Counted from the stretch's first letter, positions 16,268 to 27,132 are shown. The stretch is 59,013 nt of DNA from a virus (IMGVR_UViG_3300030329_002180:1-59013), one strand, 5' to 3'. Numbers and translations are program-made. The notes: generated by a model not told the origin, from the sequence alone.

Positions 16268-17023
16268 ATGATGGGTAATGGTTTAACACTAGCGCAATCC
16301 TGGGGACTGGTTAGTTGGGACTTTAACGATATACCAAACAGTACAAACACAAGAATTTATTGGTGGAAAAATAGTACAGCGTCAGCGGCTAATTGGCCTG
16401 ATTATGGTAGGTGGAATAATGATTTAATTCAAACGTCAGCTGGCAATCAACCACAGGTAGTAGACCCACCTTCAACAACAGCTGGAACAGCGCCTGATTT
16501 TGAGGAGAATGATGAGCATTTTTATGATTTAACACACCAAATAGATTTACCAGCGGAAAGAAACTGGTTGATTTGTTTTGCTTGTAAGTTAGAAAGTCAT
16601 GATGATAAAGCAACAATGTTTTCTAGTGATATAACAACTGGTGGTGGACATTTTATAGAGTTTAAAGACGAAGAAACTATACGTGTGAAATCTAATGCAG
16701 CAACAACTATAATAAAGGTTACAGGTGGTGCAGTTTGGGCAGCTGGTAGTGATTTCGTTTTAACCTTATATAGAGATAGTAATGGAGCTTTTACAGTTTA
16801 TAAAAACACGAGTAAACTAACTATTCACACTGGTACATCTACTAATTATACTGATAACGATGGTAGTTTTGAACTAAATAATATGTGTTCTAAACATGGC
16901 ACATCTAGATACTTTGATGGTTTGGTATATGAAGTTGTTTTAGCTAATCAAGTAGATTCTTTAGCAGATGCTGATATATTAAAAGTAGCAACAACAATGT
17001 GTAGTGGTTTAGATATTGAATAA
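16268..17023 (+). CDS. Putative LamG/concanavalin-like virion protein
   Basis: W.D....NNDL.Q....NQP start, beta-rich core, YFDGLVYEVV end. Confidence 0.55.
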   Translation: MMGNGLTLAQSWGLVSWDFNDIPNSTNTRIYWWKNSTASAANWPDYGRWNNDLIQTSAGNQPQVVDPPSTTAGTAPDFEENDEHFYDLTHQIDLPAERNWLICFACKLESHDDKATMFSSDITTGGGHFIEFKDEETIRVKSNAATTIIKVTGGAVWAAGSDFVLTLYRDSNGAFTVYKNTSKLTIHTGTSTNYTDNDGSFELNNMCSKHGTSRYFDGLVYEVVLANQVDSLADADILKVATTMCSGLDIE

Positions 17024-17041
17024 TAATTAAAATTAAATATA

Positions 17042-17305
17042 ATGACAAAAAATAAAAAAACGGAAACTAAACCGTCTAAAATTAGTAATGAAGATTTAAA
17101 TAAACTTCAAGAGATGGTTACTAAAAGCAATAAATTAAACATGCAACTAGGAGCTATGGAAGTTAGAAAGCATGACGTTTTACACCTCACATTAATGATT
17201 AATGAAGAGCTGTTTAAATTAAAGAAGGAATTTGAAGAAAGATACGGAACAGATAATATTGATATTAATGATGGTACTATTTTAGAAAATGACAAAGTTA
17301 ATTAG
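17042..17305 (+). CDS. Hypothetical coiled-coil protein
   Basis: Heptad pattern ending EERYG..NIDINDGTI. Confidence 0.7.
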   Translation: MTKNKKTETKPSKISNEDLNKLQEMVTKSNKLNMQLGAMEVRKHDVLHLTLMINEELFKLKKEFEERYGTDNIDINDGTILENDKVN

Positions 17306-17510
17306 AAAAATAACTATAGGTAAAGACTATAAAAACGACGCCATGCATTACGCGGTAGATCAAGAAGTTTACGGCGGGCATACTATATGTAATATAATAG
17401 AAGAGAAAGATAAATATTCTGTTTATATTAAAAAAGAAGGTAACGTTATGCCCTGGAAAGATTTTAACAAAAACATGGCTATATCTGTAGAATATAATTT
17501 AGAGTATTAA
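17289..17510 (+). CDS. Hypothetical protein
   Basis: IRKITIGKDYKNDAMHY...; coupled to both neighbours. Confidence 0.7.
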   Translation: MTKLIRKITIGKDYKNDAMHYAVDQEVYGGHTICNIIEEKDKYSVYIKKEGNVMPWKDFNKNMAISVEYNLEY

Positions 17511-18112
17511 TGGATAGTGTTTATAATTATATAATTAAACCAAAAAATTCCAGATATAACAATACTAAAAAAGTTGGTAAAAAAGATTTAATATTAAACA
17601 CAGAAATATCAAATCATCAATTTATAAGTAGAGAGGCTGTTGTTAAAAGTATACCAAAAGCGTTAGAAACAGATATAAAACCTGGAGATGAAGTTATTGT
17701 TCATCATAATGTTTTTAGAAGATGGCATGACATGCGTGGTGAAGAAAAAAATAGTAGAAGTTATTTTAATGAAGAAACTTATTTAGTAACAGACGAACAA
17801 ATCTTTCTTTATAAAAATAACAACAAATGGAAATCACCTAGTGGATACTGTTTTGTAAAACCAATAAAAGCAGTTGATTCTTTTAACGTTGATTCAGAAA
17901 GACCATTAATAGGCATTGTTAAGTATTCAGATGGCACTGTAGAGGAGGGTGATTTAATAGGTTTTAAACCTAGTTCTGAATTTGAATTTGTTATTGACGG
18001 GGAACGTTTATATAGGGTTTTATCACATTTTATTACAATTAAATATGAATATCAAGGAGACGAAGAAGAATATAATCCAAGCTGGACACAAAGCAGTAGA
18101 GGAATTAATTAA
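17510..18112 (+). CDS. Tandem GroES-like domain protein
   Basis: Unit 1 NYIIKP...EAVVKSIP...IKPGDEVIV; unit 2 YCFVKP...GIVKY...VEEGDLIGF...FVIDGERLYRV. Confidence 0.6.
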   Translation: MDSVYNYIIKPKNSRYNNTKKVGKKDLILNTEISNHQFISREAVVKSIPKALETDIKPGDEVIVHHNVFRRWHDMRGEEKNSRSYFNEETYLVTDEQIFLYKNNNKWKSPSGYCFVKPIKAVDSFNVDSERPLIGIVKYSDGTVEEGDLIGFKPSSEFEFVIDGERLYRVLSHFITIKYEYQGDEEEYNPSWTQSSRGIN

Positions 18113-18320
18113 AGTAGCTAAAGAAGCTATAGTAGATTCAGACGATGATATATCTGCAGATAGATTAAAGAATGCTGCGGCTACTAAAAAGTTAGCTATA
18201 TTTGATGCGTTTGAAATACTTAATAGAATTCAAGAAGAAGAAAATTTATTAAGCGACAAACCAAAAGAAGTAAAAGAAGCAAAAGTATTTAAAGGTTTTG
18301 CGGAAGGTAGATCTAAATAA
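18045..18320 (+). CDS. Helical protein, candidate terminase small subunit; start revised to MNIKETKK
   Basis: Helical, about 91 aa, shortly upstream of the large terminase; function inferred from position only. Confidence 0.45.
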   Translation: MNIKETKKNIIQAGHKAVEELIKVAKEAIVDSDDDISADRLKNAAATKKLAIFDAFEILNRIQEEENLLSDKPKEVKEAKVFKGFAEGRSK

Positions 18321-18341
18321 TTAAAATTAAAAAAATAATAA

Positions 18342-18710
18342 ATGGCAACATTAACAGCAACATTAACATTAACATCAACGGCTGGAGATATTACAACACA
18401 AGCATTAAGTTTAAGTGAATCAGATATTTTATCGGTTGGAGAACCTACTATATCACCGTCTAGAGTGTCAGTGGCAACCACGGGAGCAGAAGTTTTAATA
18501 CCCTCTTCAGTATCAGCAATATCATATGTTTATTTAAAAAACACAGATTCTACCAATATCATTGTAGTTAAAAATGATAATGGTGATAATATTGCTGATT
18601 TAGGTCCAGGTGAGTTTGCGTGGTTTCCTTTAAAAGGTGCAACAGGTGTAGAATGTACAGCGGTAACAGCGGCGTGTATTTTAGAATATGCGTATTGGAC
18701 TAAATCGTAA
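18342..18710 (+). CDS. Putative structural protein
   Basis: Ala/Thr/Ser-rich beta protein, YVYLKNTD...LGPGEFAWFP. Confidence 0.65.
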   Translation: MATLTATLTLTSTAGDITTQALSLSESDILSVGEPTISPSRVSVATTGAEVLIPSSVSAISYVYLKNTDSTNIIVVKNDNGDNIADLGPGEFAWFPLKGATGVECTAVTAACILEYAYWTKS

Positions 18711-18719
18711 TTTATAGTT

Positions 18720-20942
18720 TTGGAAGAATATAAACAGACACTATGTAAGGTTGTAGAGCCTGTTAAATTAACAACTATAAAAAGATTAAACAAGTCTAAG
18801 AAATGGAAATACGGATATGATAAAGAACATGATATAGTTGTTATATCAAAAACCGGTCAAATTGGAGAAATACTTGAAATACAAAATTTAAAAATTGCTT
18901 TACCTAAAGTACCTAAAAAAGTATTTAAACATAAGTTAAACAAATGGGTGAAAATAGAGCAACCAAAAGAGTTAACTAGATTAAAAAATATTTTTGATTG
19001 GAAGAGTTATCCTGAAGAAAAAAAAGATAAGTGGTTTGATTATATAGACGAAGAGTTTAATAGAAGAGATGAGGGGTTTTGGTTTACTAATAATGGAAAG
19101 CCAACATATTTAACAGGTACGCACTACATGTACCTACAGTGGAGCAAAATAGATGTAGGTGCTCCTGACTTTAGAGAAGCGAATAGATTGTTCTATATAT
19201 TCTGGGAAGCTTGCAAGGCAGATAAAAGATGTTATGGTATGTGTTATCTAAAGAACAGACGTTCAGGGTTTTCGTTCATGTCATCTGCCGAAACAGTTAA
19301 TTTAGCTACAATATCGAGTGATAGTAGATATGGAATCCTATCTAAAACAGGTTCAGATGCTAAGAAGATGTTTACTGACAAAGTAGTTCCGATAAGTATA
19401 AACTATCCATTCTTTTTCAAACCGATACAAGATGGTATGGATCGTCCAAAATCTGAATTAGCTTATAGAGTTCCAGCTAGCAAGTTTACAAGAAAGAAGA
19501 TGTCTGCTACAGACGGTTTAGAAGATATAGAAGGATTAGATACAACTATTGATTGGAAGAATACTGGTGATAATAGTTATGACGGTGAAAAACTAAATTT
19601 ACTAGTACATGATGAGAGCGGTAAGTGGGAGAGACCTGATAATATATTAAACAACTGGCGAGTTACAAAAACATGTTTACGATTAGGTAGTAGAATAGTT
19701 GGTAAGTGTATGATGGGTTCTACTTCAAACGCTTTAGATAAAGGAGGTGATAACTTTAAAAAATTATACAATAACTCTGATGTTGTTAAAAGAAATAGAA
19801 ACGGACAAACTAGTTCTGGTTTATATTCTCTTTTTATTCCTATGGAATGGAATTATGAAGGATTTATAGATGAATTTGGACAACCCGTTTTCACTAATCC
19901 TAAAAAAGAAGTATTAGATCCTCACGGAGAAATTATAGATGTAGGAATAATAGAGCATTGGGAGAATGAAGCAGATGGTTTAAGAGAAGATCAAGATGGT
20001 TTAAATGAGTTTTACCGACAATTCCCTAGAACTACAGAACACGCGTTTAGAGATGAAACAAAAAACAGTATATTTAACTTAGTTAAAATATACGAACAGA
20101 TAGATTACAATGAAGGTGTTACTGGAGATACTGCTGTTACTAAAGGTAATTTTCAATGGGTTAATGGTATAAAAGATTCCAAAGTTGTATTTTTACCTAG
20201 TGGATCTGGTAGGTTTAAAATAAGCTGGGTTCCACCAACACATTTGCAAAATAATATTGTTATAAAAAATAATATGAAGTATCCAGGTAATGATTATATG
20301 GGTGCTTTTGGATGTGACTCATACGATATATCAGGTACTGTAGATGGTAAAGGTTCTAAAGGAGCTCTACATGGTTTAAGTAAGTTTAGTATGGAAGATG
20401 TACCTCCAAATCATTTTTTCTTAGAATATATAGCTAGACCTCAAACAGCTGAGATATTTTTTGAAGATGTACTAATGGCTTTAGTTTTTTATGGTATGCC
20501 TTTATTAGCGGAAAACAATAAGCCTAGATTATTGTATTATTTGAGACGTAGAGGTTATAGAGGTTTTAGTATGAATAGACCTGATAAAGTCTGGAATAAA
20601 CTATCTGTTGCAGAAAAAGAAATAGGTGGCATACCAAATACTAGTGAAGACATAAAACAAGCTCACGCGGCAGCTATCGAAATGTATATACAAGATCATG
20701 TTGGTAGAAAAGATGATGGTGGTTATGGTAATATATATTTCAATGAAACTTTAAACGATTGGGCAAGATTTGATATAAATAAAAGAACAAAGTTTGATGC
20801 TGCTATAAGTTCTGGATTAGCTATAATGGCTTGCAATAGACATTTATATAATCCAAATCAAGATAGAAGTATTAAGAAAACTAATTTTAGTTTTACTAGA
20901 TACGATAATAAAGGTTTAAACTCAAGAATAATTAAAATATAA
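18720..20942 (+). CDS. Terminase large subunit
   Basis: Walker A-like LKNRRSGFS, Walker B LLVHDESGKW, coupling motif MGST, nuclease FGCDSYD, AENN, FDAAISSG. Confidence 0.9.
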   Translation: MEEYKQTLCKVVEPVKLTTIKRLNKSKKWKYGYDKEHDIVVISKTGQIGEILEIQNLKIALPKVPKKVFKHKLNKWVKIEQPKELTRLKNIFDWKSYPEEKKDKWFDYIDEEFNRRDEGFWFTNNGKPTYLTGTHYMYLQWSKIDVGAPDFREANRLFYIFWEACKADKRCYGMCYLKNRRSGFSFMSSAETVNLATISSDSRYGILSKTGSDAKKMFTDKVVPISINYPFFFKPIQDGMDRPKSELAYRVPASKFTRKKMSATDGLEDIEGLDTTIDWKNTGDNSYDGEKLNLLVHDESGKWERPDNILNNWRVTKTCLRLGSRIVGKCMMGSTSNALDKGGDNFKKLYNNSDVVKRNRNGQTSSGLYSLFIPMEWNYEGFIDEFGQPVFTNPKKEVLDPHGEIIDVGIIEHWENEADGLREDQDGLNEFYRQFPRTTEHAFRDETKNSIFNLVKIYEQIDYNEGVTGDTAVTKGNFQWVNGIKDSKVVFLPSGSGRFKISWVPPTHLQNNIVIKNNMKYPGNDYMGAFGCDSYDISGTVDGKGSKGALHGLSKFSMEDVPPNHFFLEYIARPQTAEIFFEDVLMALVFYGMPLLAENNKPRLLYYLRRRGYRGFSMNRPDKVWNKLSVAEKEIGGIPNTSEDIKQAHAAAIEMYIQDHVGRKDDGGYGNIYFNETLNDWARFDINKRTKFDAAISSGLAIMACNRHLYNPNQDRSIKKTNFSFTRYDNKGLNSRIIKI

Positions 20943-20944
20943 AT

Positions 20945-23359
20945 ATGGTTAAATCAAATACTAATAGTGGTTTTCCTAGCCAGGTAGTTAGTGATATAGA
21001 AAAAGCTAGTTATGATTACGGTTTGAAAGTAGCAAAAGCTATTGAGAACGAGTGGTTTGGTAATACTAGTTTTCAAGATAGAAGATTTTCTGCTGCAAGA
21101 GCTGATTTTCATAAATTAAGATTATATGCTAGTGGACAACAAAGCGTAAAAAAATATAAAGATGAATTAGCTACAAATGGTGATTTGTCATATTTAAATT
21201 TAGATTGGCAACCAGTACCAATTATTCCTAAGTTTGTAGATATAGTTGTAAACGGTATGGCTGATAGAATGTATGATATAAAAACATATTCTAGAGATCC
21301 TTATGGTGTTCAAAAAAGAACAAGTTATATGGAGGAACTACTTACAGATATGCGTTTATCAGATTTAAACGATAGAGCAGAGTCTATGTTTGGAATGACT
21401 ATGTTACATAACGATCCAGCTGATATTCCAAATTCTGAAGAAGAATTAGAAATACACATGCAATTAAGTTATAAGCAAAATATAGAGATTGCTGAAGAAG
21501 AAGCTTTAAATACTTTATTTGATGGAAACAATTATGAGTTAATAAGAAGAAGAACATTAAGAGATTTAGTTGTTTTAGGTATTGGCGCTGTTAAAACTTC
21601 TTTTAATACTTCAGAGGGAGTTGTTATAGATTATGTAGATCCTTCTAACTTAGTTTATTCAAGAACTGATTCTCCTTATTTTGATGATATATATTATGTT
21701 GGTGAGGTTAAAGAAATACCGGTAAATGAATTAGTTAAACAATTTCCTTTTCTTACAAATGAAGATATAGAAGAATTAATAAGTAAAAAAGATACTAGAA
21801 ATATTACTAGAGCAAAAAGTGTTTCTGATGATAATAATAGAGTAGAAGTTTTATATTTTAATTATAAAACTTATATGAACGAGGTTTACAAAGTGAAACA
21901 AATGCCTAGTGGTGGTGAAAGACCTATTAAGAAAAACGATCAATTTAACCCACCAGACGAAAAACAAATAGATTATACTAGAATAAACAGATCTATAGAG
22001 GTTTTATATGAAGGTGCTACTGTCATAGGTAGTAATAAACTTTTAAAATGGGAGATAGCTAAAAACATGATGCGTCCTAAAAGTGATTATACTAAAGTTA
22101 AAATGAATTACAGTATAGTTGCACCTAGAATGTATGAAGGAAGAATAGAATCATTAGTAAAAAGAATAACTGGTTTTGCTGATATGATTCAAATTACACA
22201 TTTAAAATTACAGCAAGTTCTATCAAAAATGGTTCCAGATGGTGTTTACCTGGACGCAGATGGACTTGCTGAAATAGATTTAGGTAATGGTACTAACTAT
22301 AATCCGCAAGAAGCTTTAAACATGTTCTTCCAAACAGGTAGTGTTATTGGTAGATCTATGACTGCGGAAGGAGGTATGAATCCAGGAAAAATACCAATAC
22401 AAGAAATAAATACTGGTAGTGGTAGTCAAAAAATGCAAAGTTTAATACAAACGTATAATTATTATTTACAAATGATAAGAGATGTGACTGGATTAAACGA
22501 ATCTAGAGATGGTAGTACTCCAGATGCTAAAGCTTTAGTGGGTGTACAAAAATTAGCTGCTGCAAATTCTAATACAGCAACAAGACATATACTACAATCT
22601 AATCTTTACTTAACAGCTGAAATTGCTGAGCAACTTTCCCTTAGGATATCAGATATAATAGAATATTCACCAACAAGAGACGCTTTTGTACAAAGTATCG
22701 GCGCGCATAATGTTGGTATATTAAATGAATTAAAAAATTTACATTTATATGATTTTGGTATATTTATAGAATTAGCACCTGATGAAGAAGAGAAACAAAT
22801 GCTTGAAAACAATGTTCAAATGGCTTTATCTCAAGGAACGATAGATATAGAAGACGCTATTGATATAAGAGAAATAAAAAATATAAAACTAGCGAATCAA
22901 GTGTTAAAGTTTAGAAGAAAGAAAAAACAGGAAAGAGATCAAGCTGTACAACAAGAGCAGATAGCTGCTCAAGGAGAGCAAGATAGACAAACTGCAGCGC
23001 AACAGCAAGAAATGGAAATGCAAAAACAACAAATGTTAACCCAAAGTGAAGCGCAGATAGTTCAAATGAAAAATCAATTTGAAGCGCAGAGAATGATGCA
23101 AGAAGCTAGAATAAAACAACAGTTAATGGGTTATGAATTTCAAATTAATCAACGTTTAAGACAAATGGATTTGCAAGCTTTAAATGTTAGAGAAACTCAA
23201 AAAGAAGATAGAAAAGATGAGAGAACAAAAATACAAGCCTCTCAGCAAAGTGAACTTATTGATCAAAGAAAAAACAATAAACCTCCTAAAAATTTCGAAT
23301 CAGCAGGTAACGATATTTTAAACGGGGAATTCGGTTTAGGAGCGTTTGATCCTAAGTAA
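20945..23359 (+). CDS. Portal protein
   Basis: Follows terminase; 804 aa; PIIPKFVDIVVNG, IRDVTGLNE..DG, Q-rich C-terminal barrel typical of podovirus portals. Confidence 0.8.
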   Translation: MVKSNTNSGFPSQVVSDIEKASYDYGLKVAKAIENEWFGNTSFQDRRFSAARADFHKLRLYASGQQSVKKYKDELATNGDLSYLNLDWQPVPIIPKFVDIVVNGMADRMYDIKTYSRDPYGVQKRTSYMEELLTDMRLSDLNDRAESMFGMTMLHNDPADIPNSEEELEIHMQLSYKQNIEIAEEEALNTLFDGNNYELIRRRTLRDLVVLGIGAVKTSFNTSEGVVIDYVDPSNLVYSRTDSPYFDDIYYVGEVKEIPVNELVKQFPFLTNEDIEELISKKDTRNITRAKSVSDDNNRVEVLYFNYKTYMNEVYKVKQMPSGGERPIKKNDQFNPPDEKQIDYTRINRSIEVLYEGATVIGSNKLLKWEIAKNMMRPKSDYTKVKMNYSIVAPRMYEGRIESLVKRITGFADMIQITHLKLQQVLSKMVPDGVYLDADGLAEIDLGNGTNYNPQEALNMFFQTGSVIGRSMTAEGGMNPGKIPIQEINTGSGSQKMQSLIQTYNYYLQMIRDVTGLNESRDGSTPDAKALVGVQKLAAANSNTATRHILQSNLYLTAEIAEQLSLRISDIIEYSPTRDAFVQSIGAHNVGILNELKNLHLYDFGIFIELAPDEEEKQMLENNVQMALSQGTIDIEDAIDIREIKNIKLANQVLKFRRKKKQERDQAVQQEQIAAQGEQDRQTAAQQQEMEMQKQQMLTQSEAQIVQMKNQFEAQRMMQEARIKQQLMGYEFQINQRLRQMDLQALNVRETQKEDRKDERTKIQASQQSELIDQRKNNKPPKNFESAGNDILNGEFGLGAFDPK

Positions 23360-23386
23360 ATTTATTAATTATTATTATATTATATT

Positions 23387-24637
23387 ATGGAAGAAAACAA
23401 CGAAAGCATGTTAGAAGAAATCATGCAAGAGGTATCGACAGAAGAAACTGTTGATAAAACAGAAACAAAAACAGAAGAAAAAACAGAAAGCAAATTAGAA
23501 GAAAATACAAAAGACGAAGATACGACTAAAATAGATCTTAGTTCTTTTAAAGCTTCTAATGAGCCCGAAGTATTTAAAATAGATTTAAATAAACCATTAA
23601 ACCAAGAAGAAAATGAAACTAAAGAAGATAACGTTGACGACAGCGGAGTGGTTGCAGAGTCTGAAGACACCGAGTCCACACAAGAACAAAAAGAAGTACA
23701 ACCGGAAACAGAAACACAAGAAACTCCAATTTTAGAAGAAAAACCTAAAGTTGAAGATGTTGCGGTAGAAGAAAAACAACAAACAGTTACAGAGCAACCA
23801 GTTCAACAAGATGAACCTATAGGAGATTTAGATAAGTTAAAAGCTTTTATGAAAGAAACTGGTGGTAGCGTTGAAGACTACGTTAATTTGAATAGAGATT
23901 ATAGTAAACTAGATGACGTAACTGTTTTAAGAGAATATTATAAAGGAACAAAATCACATCTTAGTGCTGAAGAAATTGATTTTATGATGGAAGATCAATT
24001 TGCTTATGACGAAGAATATGAAGATGCGAAAGATGTTAAAAGAAAAAAATTAGCGTTAAAAGAGCAAGTTGCCAACGCTAGAGCCCAACTGGAAGGGTTA
24101 AAATCCAGATATTACGAAGAAATCAAAGCTGGATCGAAGCTCACGGGTGAGCAACAGAAAGCTATTGATTTTTTCAACAACTATAACGAGAACTCAAAAG
24201 TTCAAGCAGAGCAATCAGCAAAACAACAAGCTGTATTTCAAGAAGAAACAAATAAAGTGTTTCACCAAAAATTCGAAGGTTTCGAGTATAATGTTGGAGA
24301 TAAGATTTACAGATACAAAGTTAAAGATGCTAATGCTGTGAGAGAATCACAATTAAATATAGGTAATTTTATTGAGAAGTTTCTTGATAAAAATGGAAAT
24401 ATGTCTAAAACTGCTGATTATCACAAATCAATATTTACTGCTTCTAATCCAGATGTTATTGCTAAGCATTTCTATGAGCAAGGTAAAGCTGATGCTTTAA
24501 AACAAAGTATTGCTGAATCTAAAAATGTTAGTATGAAACCTAGGCAAGAACATGGAGAGGTTAAAGTACAGGGTGTTCAATTTAAACCTTTAAGTGGTAA
24601 TACAACTTCTGATTTCAAAGTTAAAATTAGAAAATAA
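23387..24637 (+). CDS. Capsid scaffolding protein
   Basis: Very acidic N-terminal half and helical C-terminal half; between portal and capsid genes. Confidence 0.7.
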   Translation: MEENNESMLEEIMQEVSTEETVDKTETKTEEKTESKLEENTKDEDTTKIDLSSFKASNEPEVFKIDLNKPLNQEENETKEDNVDDSGVVAESEDTESTQEQKEVQPETETQETPILEEKPKVEDVAVEEKQQTVTEQPVQQDEPIGDLDKLKAFMKETGGSVEDYVNLNRDYSKLDDVTVLREYYKGTKSHLSAEEIDFMMEDQFAYDEEYEDAKDVKRKKLALKEQVANARAQLEGLKSRYYEEIKAGSKLTGEQQKAIDFFNNYNENSKVQAEQSAKQQAVFQEETNKVFHQKFEGFEYNVGDKIYRYKVKDANAVRESQLNIGNFIEKFLDKNGNMSKTADYHKSIFTASNPDVIAKHFYEQGKADALKQSIAESKNVSMKPRQEHGEVKVQGVQFKPLSGNTTSDFKVKIRK

Positions 24638-24664
24638 ATTATAAATTTAAAACAACAATAAAAA

Positions 24665-26131
24665 ATGGCAATTTCATTATCTGGGATTGGTGCAGGAACA
24701 ATTGTACCAGCTTCCCAAAAAGTAACATTAGCCGGTAATTATGTTGATTTCGCTGCTGCTGCAACTGATCAGTGGGGACAACAATACATGCCGGATTTAA
24801 TGGCAAAAGAAGCTGAGATATACGGTAAAAGAACGTTATCTGGTTTCTTAAACAAAGTCGGAGCTGAAGAAGCGATGGCTTCAGACCAAGTTATTTGGAC
24901 TGAACAAGGTAGATTACACTTATCATATACTGGTAAGATAACTACAAATGGATCGGACGTTAATACTCCGTCTAAAATTACACTTGAAAAAACTATTGAC
25001 GGTGTAGCTGTTAGTAGTTCTGCTCATGGTGTTAGGGTAGGTGATACCGTATTAGTAGCTAACGCTGATCAAGTATTTAAGTGTTATGTACCAGAGGTAG
25101 ATGGTGCTGTTGTTACAGTAGCTCCTTATACAGGTACTTATTTACACAGTATGTTTACATCAGCTCCAACAGCAACTGAATCTTTAACTTTAATGGTTTA
25201 CGGTTCTGAATATACTAAAGGAGTTACTGGTAGAGACAATGCTGTTGAGCCAACTGTAACTAGTTACTCTAACAAACCAATTATTATCAAGGATATGTAT
25301 CAAGTTTCAGGATCTGATACTGCTGCGATAGGTTGGATTGAGGTTTCTGGTGAAGAAGGTCAATCAGGATACTTATGGTATTTAAAAGCTGAAGGTGATA
25401 CTAGAGCTCGTTTTACTGATTATTTAGAGATGACAATGTTAGAGGCTGAAAAAGCTTCAACTGGAAAAGGTGTTAACTCTGCTACAGCAAATGCTGGTCT
25501 TGGTAAAGATAACGTGGGTTCTGAAGGTTTATTCGCTGCAATAGAATCTAGAGGTAATGTAGGTTCTAATCTTACAGCTGCTGGTAATTTTGTACTTCAA
25601 GACTTTGACGATATATTAGCAGAGTTTGATAGACAAGGTGCTATTGAAGAATACATGATGTACTTAGATAGAGAATTAGCTCTAGCTATGGATGATATGT
25701 TAGCTACTTTAAACGCAGGTTATGGTGGTGGTACTTCTTATGGTATCTTTAACAACTCTGAGGATATGGCTCTTAATTTAGGATTTACAGGTTTCCGTAG
25801 AGGTTCTTATGATTTCTACAAAACTGATTGGAAATACTTAAATGACAAAGCTACAAGAGGTGGTCAAAAGTTAGTTGATGTAAAAGGTTGTATGATACCT
25901 GCTGGAGTTTCTTCTGTTTATGATGAAACTTTAGGTAGAAACCTTAAGCGTCCTTTCTTACACGTACGTTACAGAGCTTCTGAAATGGAAGATCGAAGAA
26001 TGAAAACTTGGACTGAAGGTTCAGTTGGAGGAAACATTACTTCTGATTTAGACGCAATGAAAGTACACTACTTATCTGAAAGATGTTTAGTTACTCAAGG
26101 TGCTAATAACTTTATGTTATTAAAAGTATAA
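24665..26131 (+). CDS. Major capsid protein
   Basis: Position after scaffold, 488 aa, SEGLFAAIESRGN, strongly biased codons and a downstream terminator. Confidence 0.8.
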   Translation: MAISLSGIGAGTIVPASQKVTLAGNYVDFAAAATDQWGQQYMPDLMAKEAEIYGKRTLSGFLNKVGAEEAMASDQVIWTEQGRLHLSYTGKITTNGSDVNTPSKITLEKTIDGVAVSSSAHGVRVGDTVLVANADQVFKCYVPEVDGAVVTVAPYTGTYLHSMFTSAPTATESLTLMVYGSEYTKGVTGRDNAVEPTVTSYSNKPIIIKDMYQVSGSDTAAIGWIEVSGEEGQSGYLWYLKAEGDTRARFTDYLEMTMLEAEKASTGKGVNSATANAGLGKDNVGSEGLFAAIESRGNVGSNLTAAGNFVLQDFDDILAEFDRQGAIEEYMMYLDRELALAMDDMLATLNAGYGGGTSYGIFNNSEDMALNLGFTGFRRGSYDFYKTDWKYLNDKATRGGQKLVDVKGCMIPAGVSSVYDETLGRNLKRPFLHVRYRASEMEDRRMKTWTEGSVGGNITSDLDAMKVHYLSERCLVTQGANNFMLLKV

Positions 26132-26142
26132 CTTGAATTTTT

Positions 26143-26188
26143 AAAAGGAGGGCGGCATGCATGTAAACGCTCTCTGCCCTCCTTTTTT
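26143..26188 (+). terminator. Intrinsic terminator after the capsid gene
   Basis: AAAAGGAGGGCGG-N18-CTGCCCTCC-TTTTTT. Confidence 0.75.
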
Positions 26189-26217
26189 ATTTTATTAATT
26201 TTATTATATATTATATT

Positions 26218-27072
26218 ATGGAAAACAATGAAAGAAATAGTGGTATTAAATTTACTGATACCGCTACTCAAAGAGAAAAAGTTGAAGATTTTAACTATAC
26301 AGATACTTCAACACAAACAATATTAAACGAAAATCCAACACCAAAAAAAGATACTTGGGAGATAAAAGATAGAATTTATTATTTAGTTAGTGAGAGAAAA
26401 CCGCTAACTTACATGATAAAATCTAAAGGTATCATGTATTTTGATGAGGAACGAGGTTACGAAAGAGAATTAAGACACACAACAAATCAAAGAAGTCCTT
26501 TTGTGGATGAGTTTAAAGGTGATGCTAGATTAGAACAAATAGTTTTTAGAAATGGAGTTTTATCAGTACCAAGAAACAAACAAACATTACAAAAACTACT
26601 TTCTCTTTATCACCCTCAAAAAGATACTGTTTATTACGAGTGGCAACCTAAAGCAGTTGCAGCAAGTCAATTAGATATTATAGAAACAGAAATTAACGCA
26701 TTAAATATAGCTAAAGATTTAGATATTGATACTACTGAGGCTATTATGCGTGTAGAGGTTGGTTCTGAGGTATCTAACATGAGTTCTAAGGAGCTTAAAA
26801 GAGATTTGTTGCTGTTTGCTAAAAGAAACCCAGAATTGTTCTTAGATTTAGCTACAGATGAGAACGTGCAATTAAGAAATATGGGTATAAAAGCAACTGA
26901 AGCAGGTATAATTGAATTAGCTCAAGATCAAAGAACTTTTAAATGGTGTGGAACTGATAGAAAATTAATGACAGTTCCTTTTGGTGAACACCCTTATTCA
27001 GCTTTAGCTATGTTCTTTAAAACTGATGAAGGTTTGGAAATTTATAATAATATTGAAAAAAGATTACAATAG
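26218..27072 (+). CDS. Hypothetical protein (morphogenesis module)
   Basis: 284-aa ORF after the capsid gene. Confidence 0.75.
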   Translation: MENNERNSGIKFTDTATQREKVEDFNYTDTSTQTILNENPTPKKDTWEIKDRIYYLVSERKPLTYMIKSKGIMYFDEERGYERELRHTTNQRSPFVDEFKGDARLEQIVFRNGVLSVPRNKQTLQKLLSLYHPQKDTVYYEWQPKAVAASQLDIIETEINALNIAKDLDIDTTEAIMRVEVGSEVSNMSSKELKRDLLLFAKRNPELFLDLATDENVQLRNMGIKATEAGIIELAQDQRTFKWCGTDRKLMTVPFGEHPYSALAMFFKTDEGLEIYNNIEKRLQ

Positions 27073-27084
27073 ATAACCCTAAAT

Positions 27085-27119
27085 AAAATAGCCACTCTAT
27101 TTTCGGGGTGGCTATTTTT
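27085..27119 (+). terminator. Intrinsic terminator, possibly bidirectional
   Basis: AAAATAGCCACTC...GGGTGGCTATTTTT. Confidence 0.8.
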
Positions 27120-27132
27120 ATATAAACTAAAT

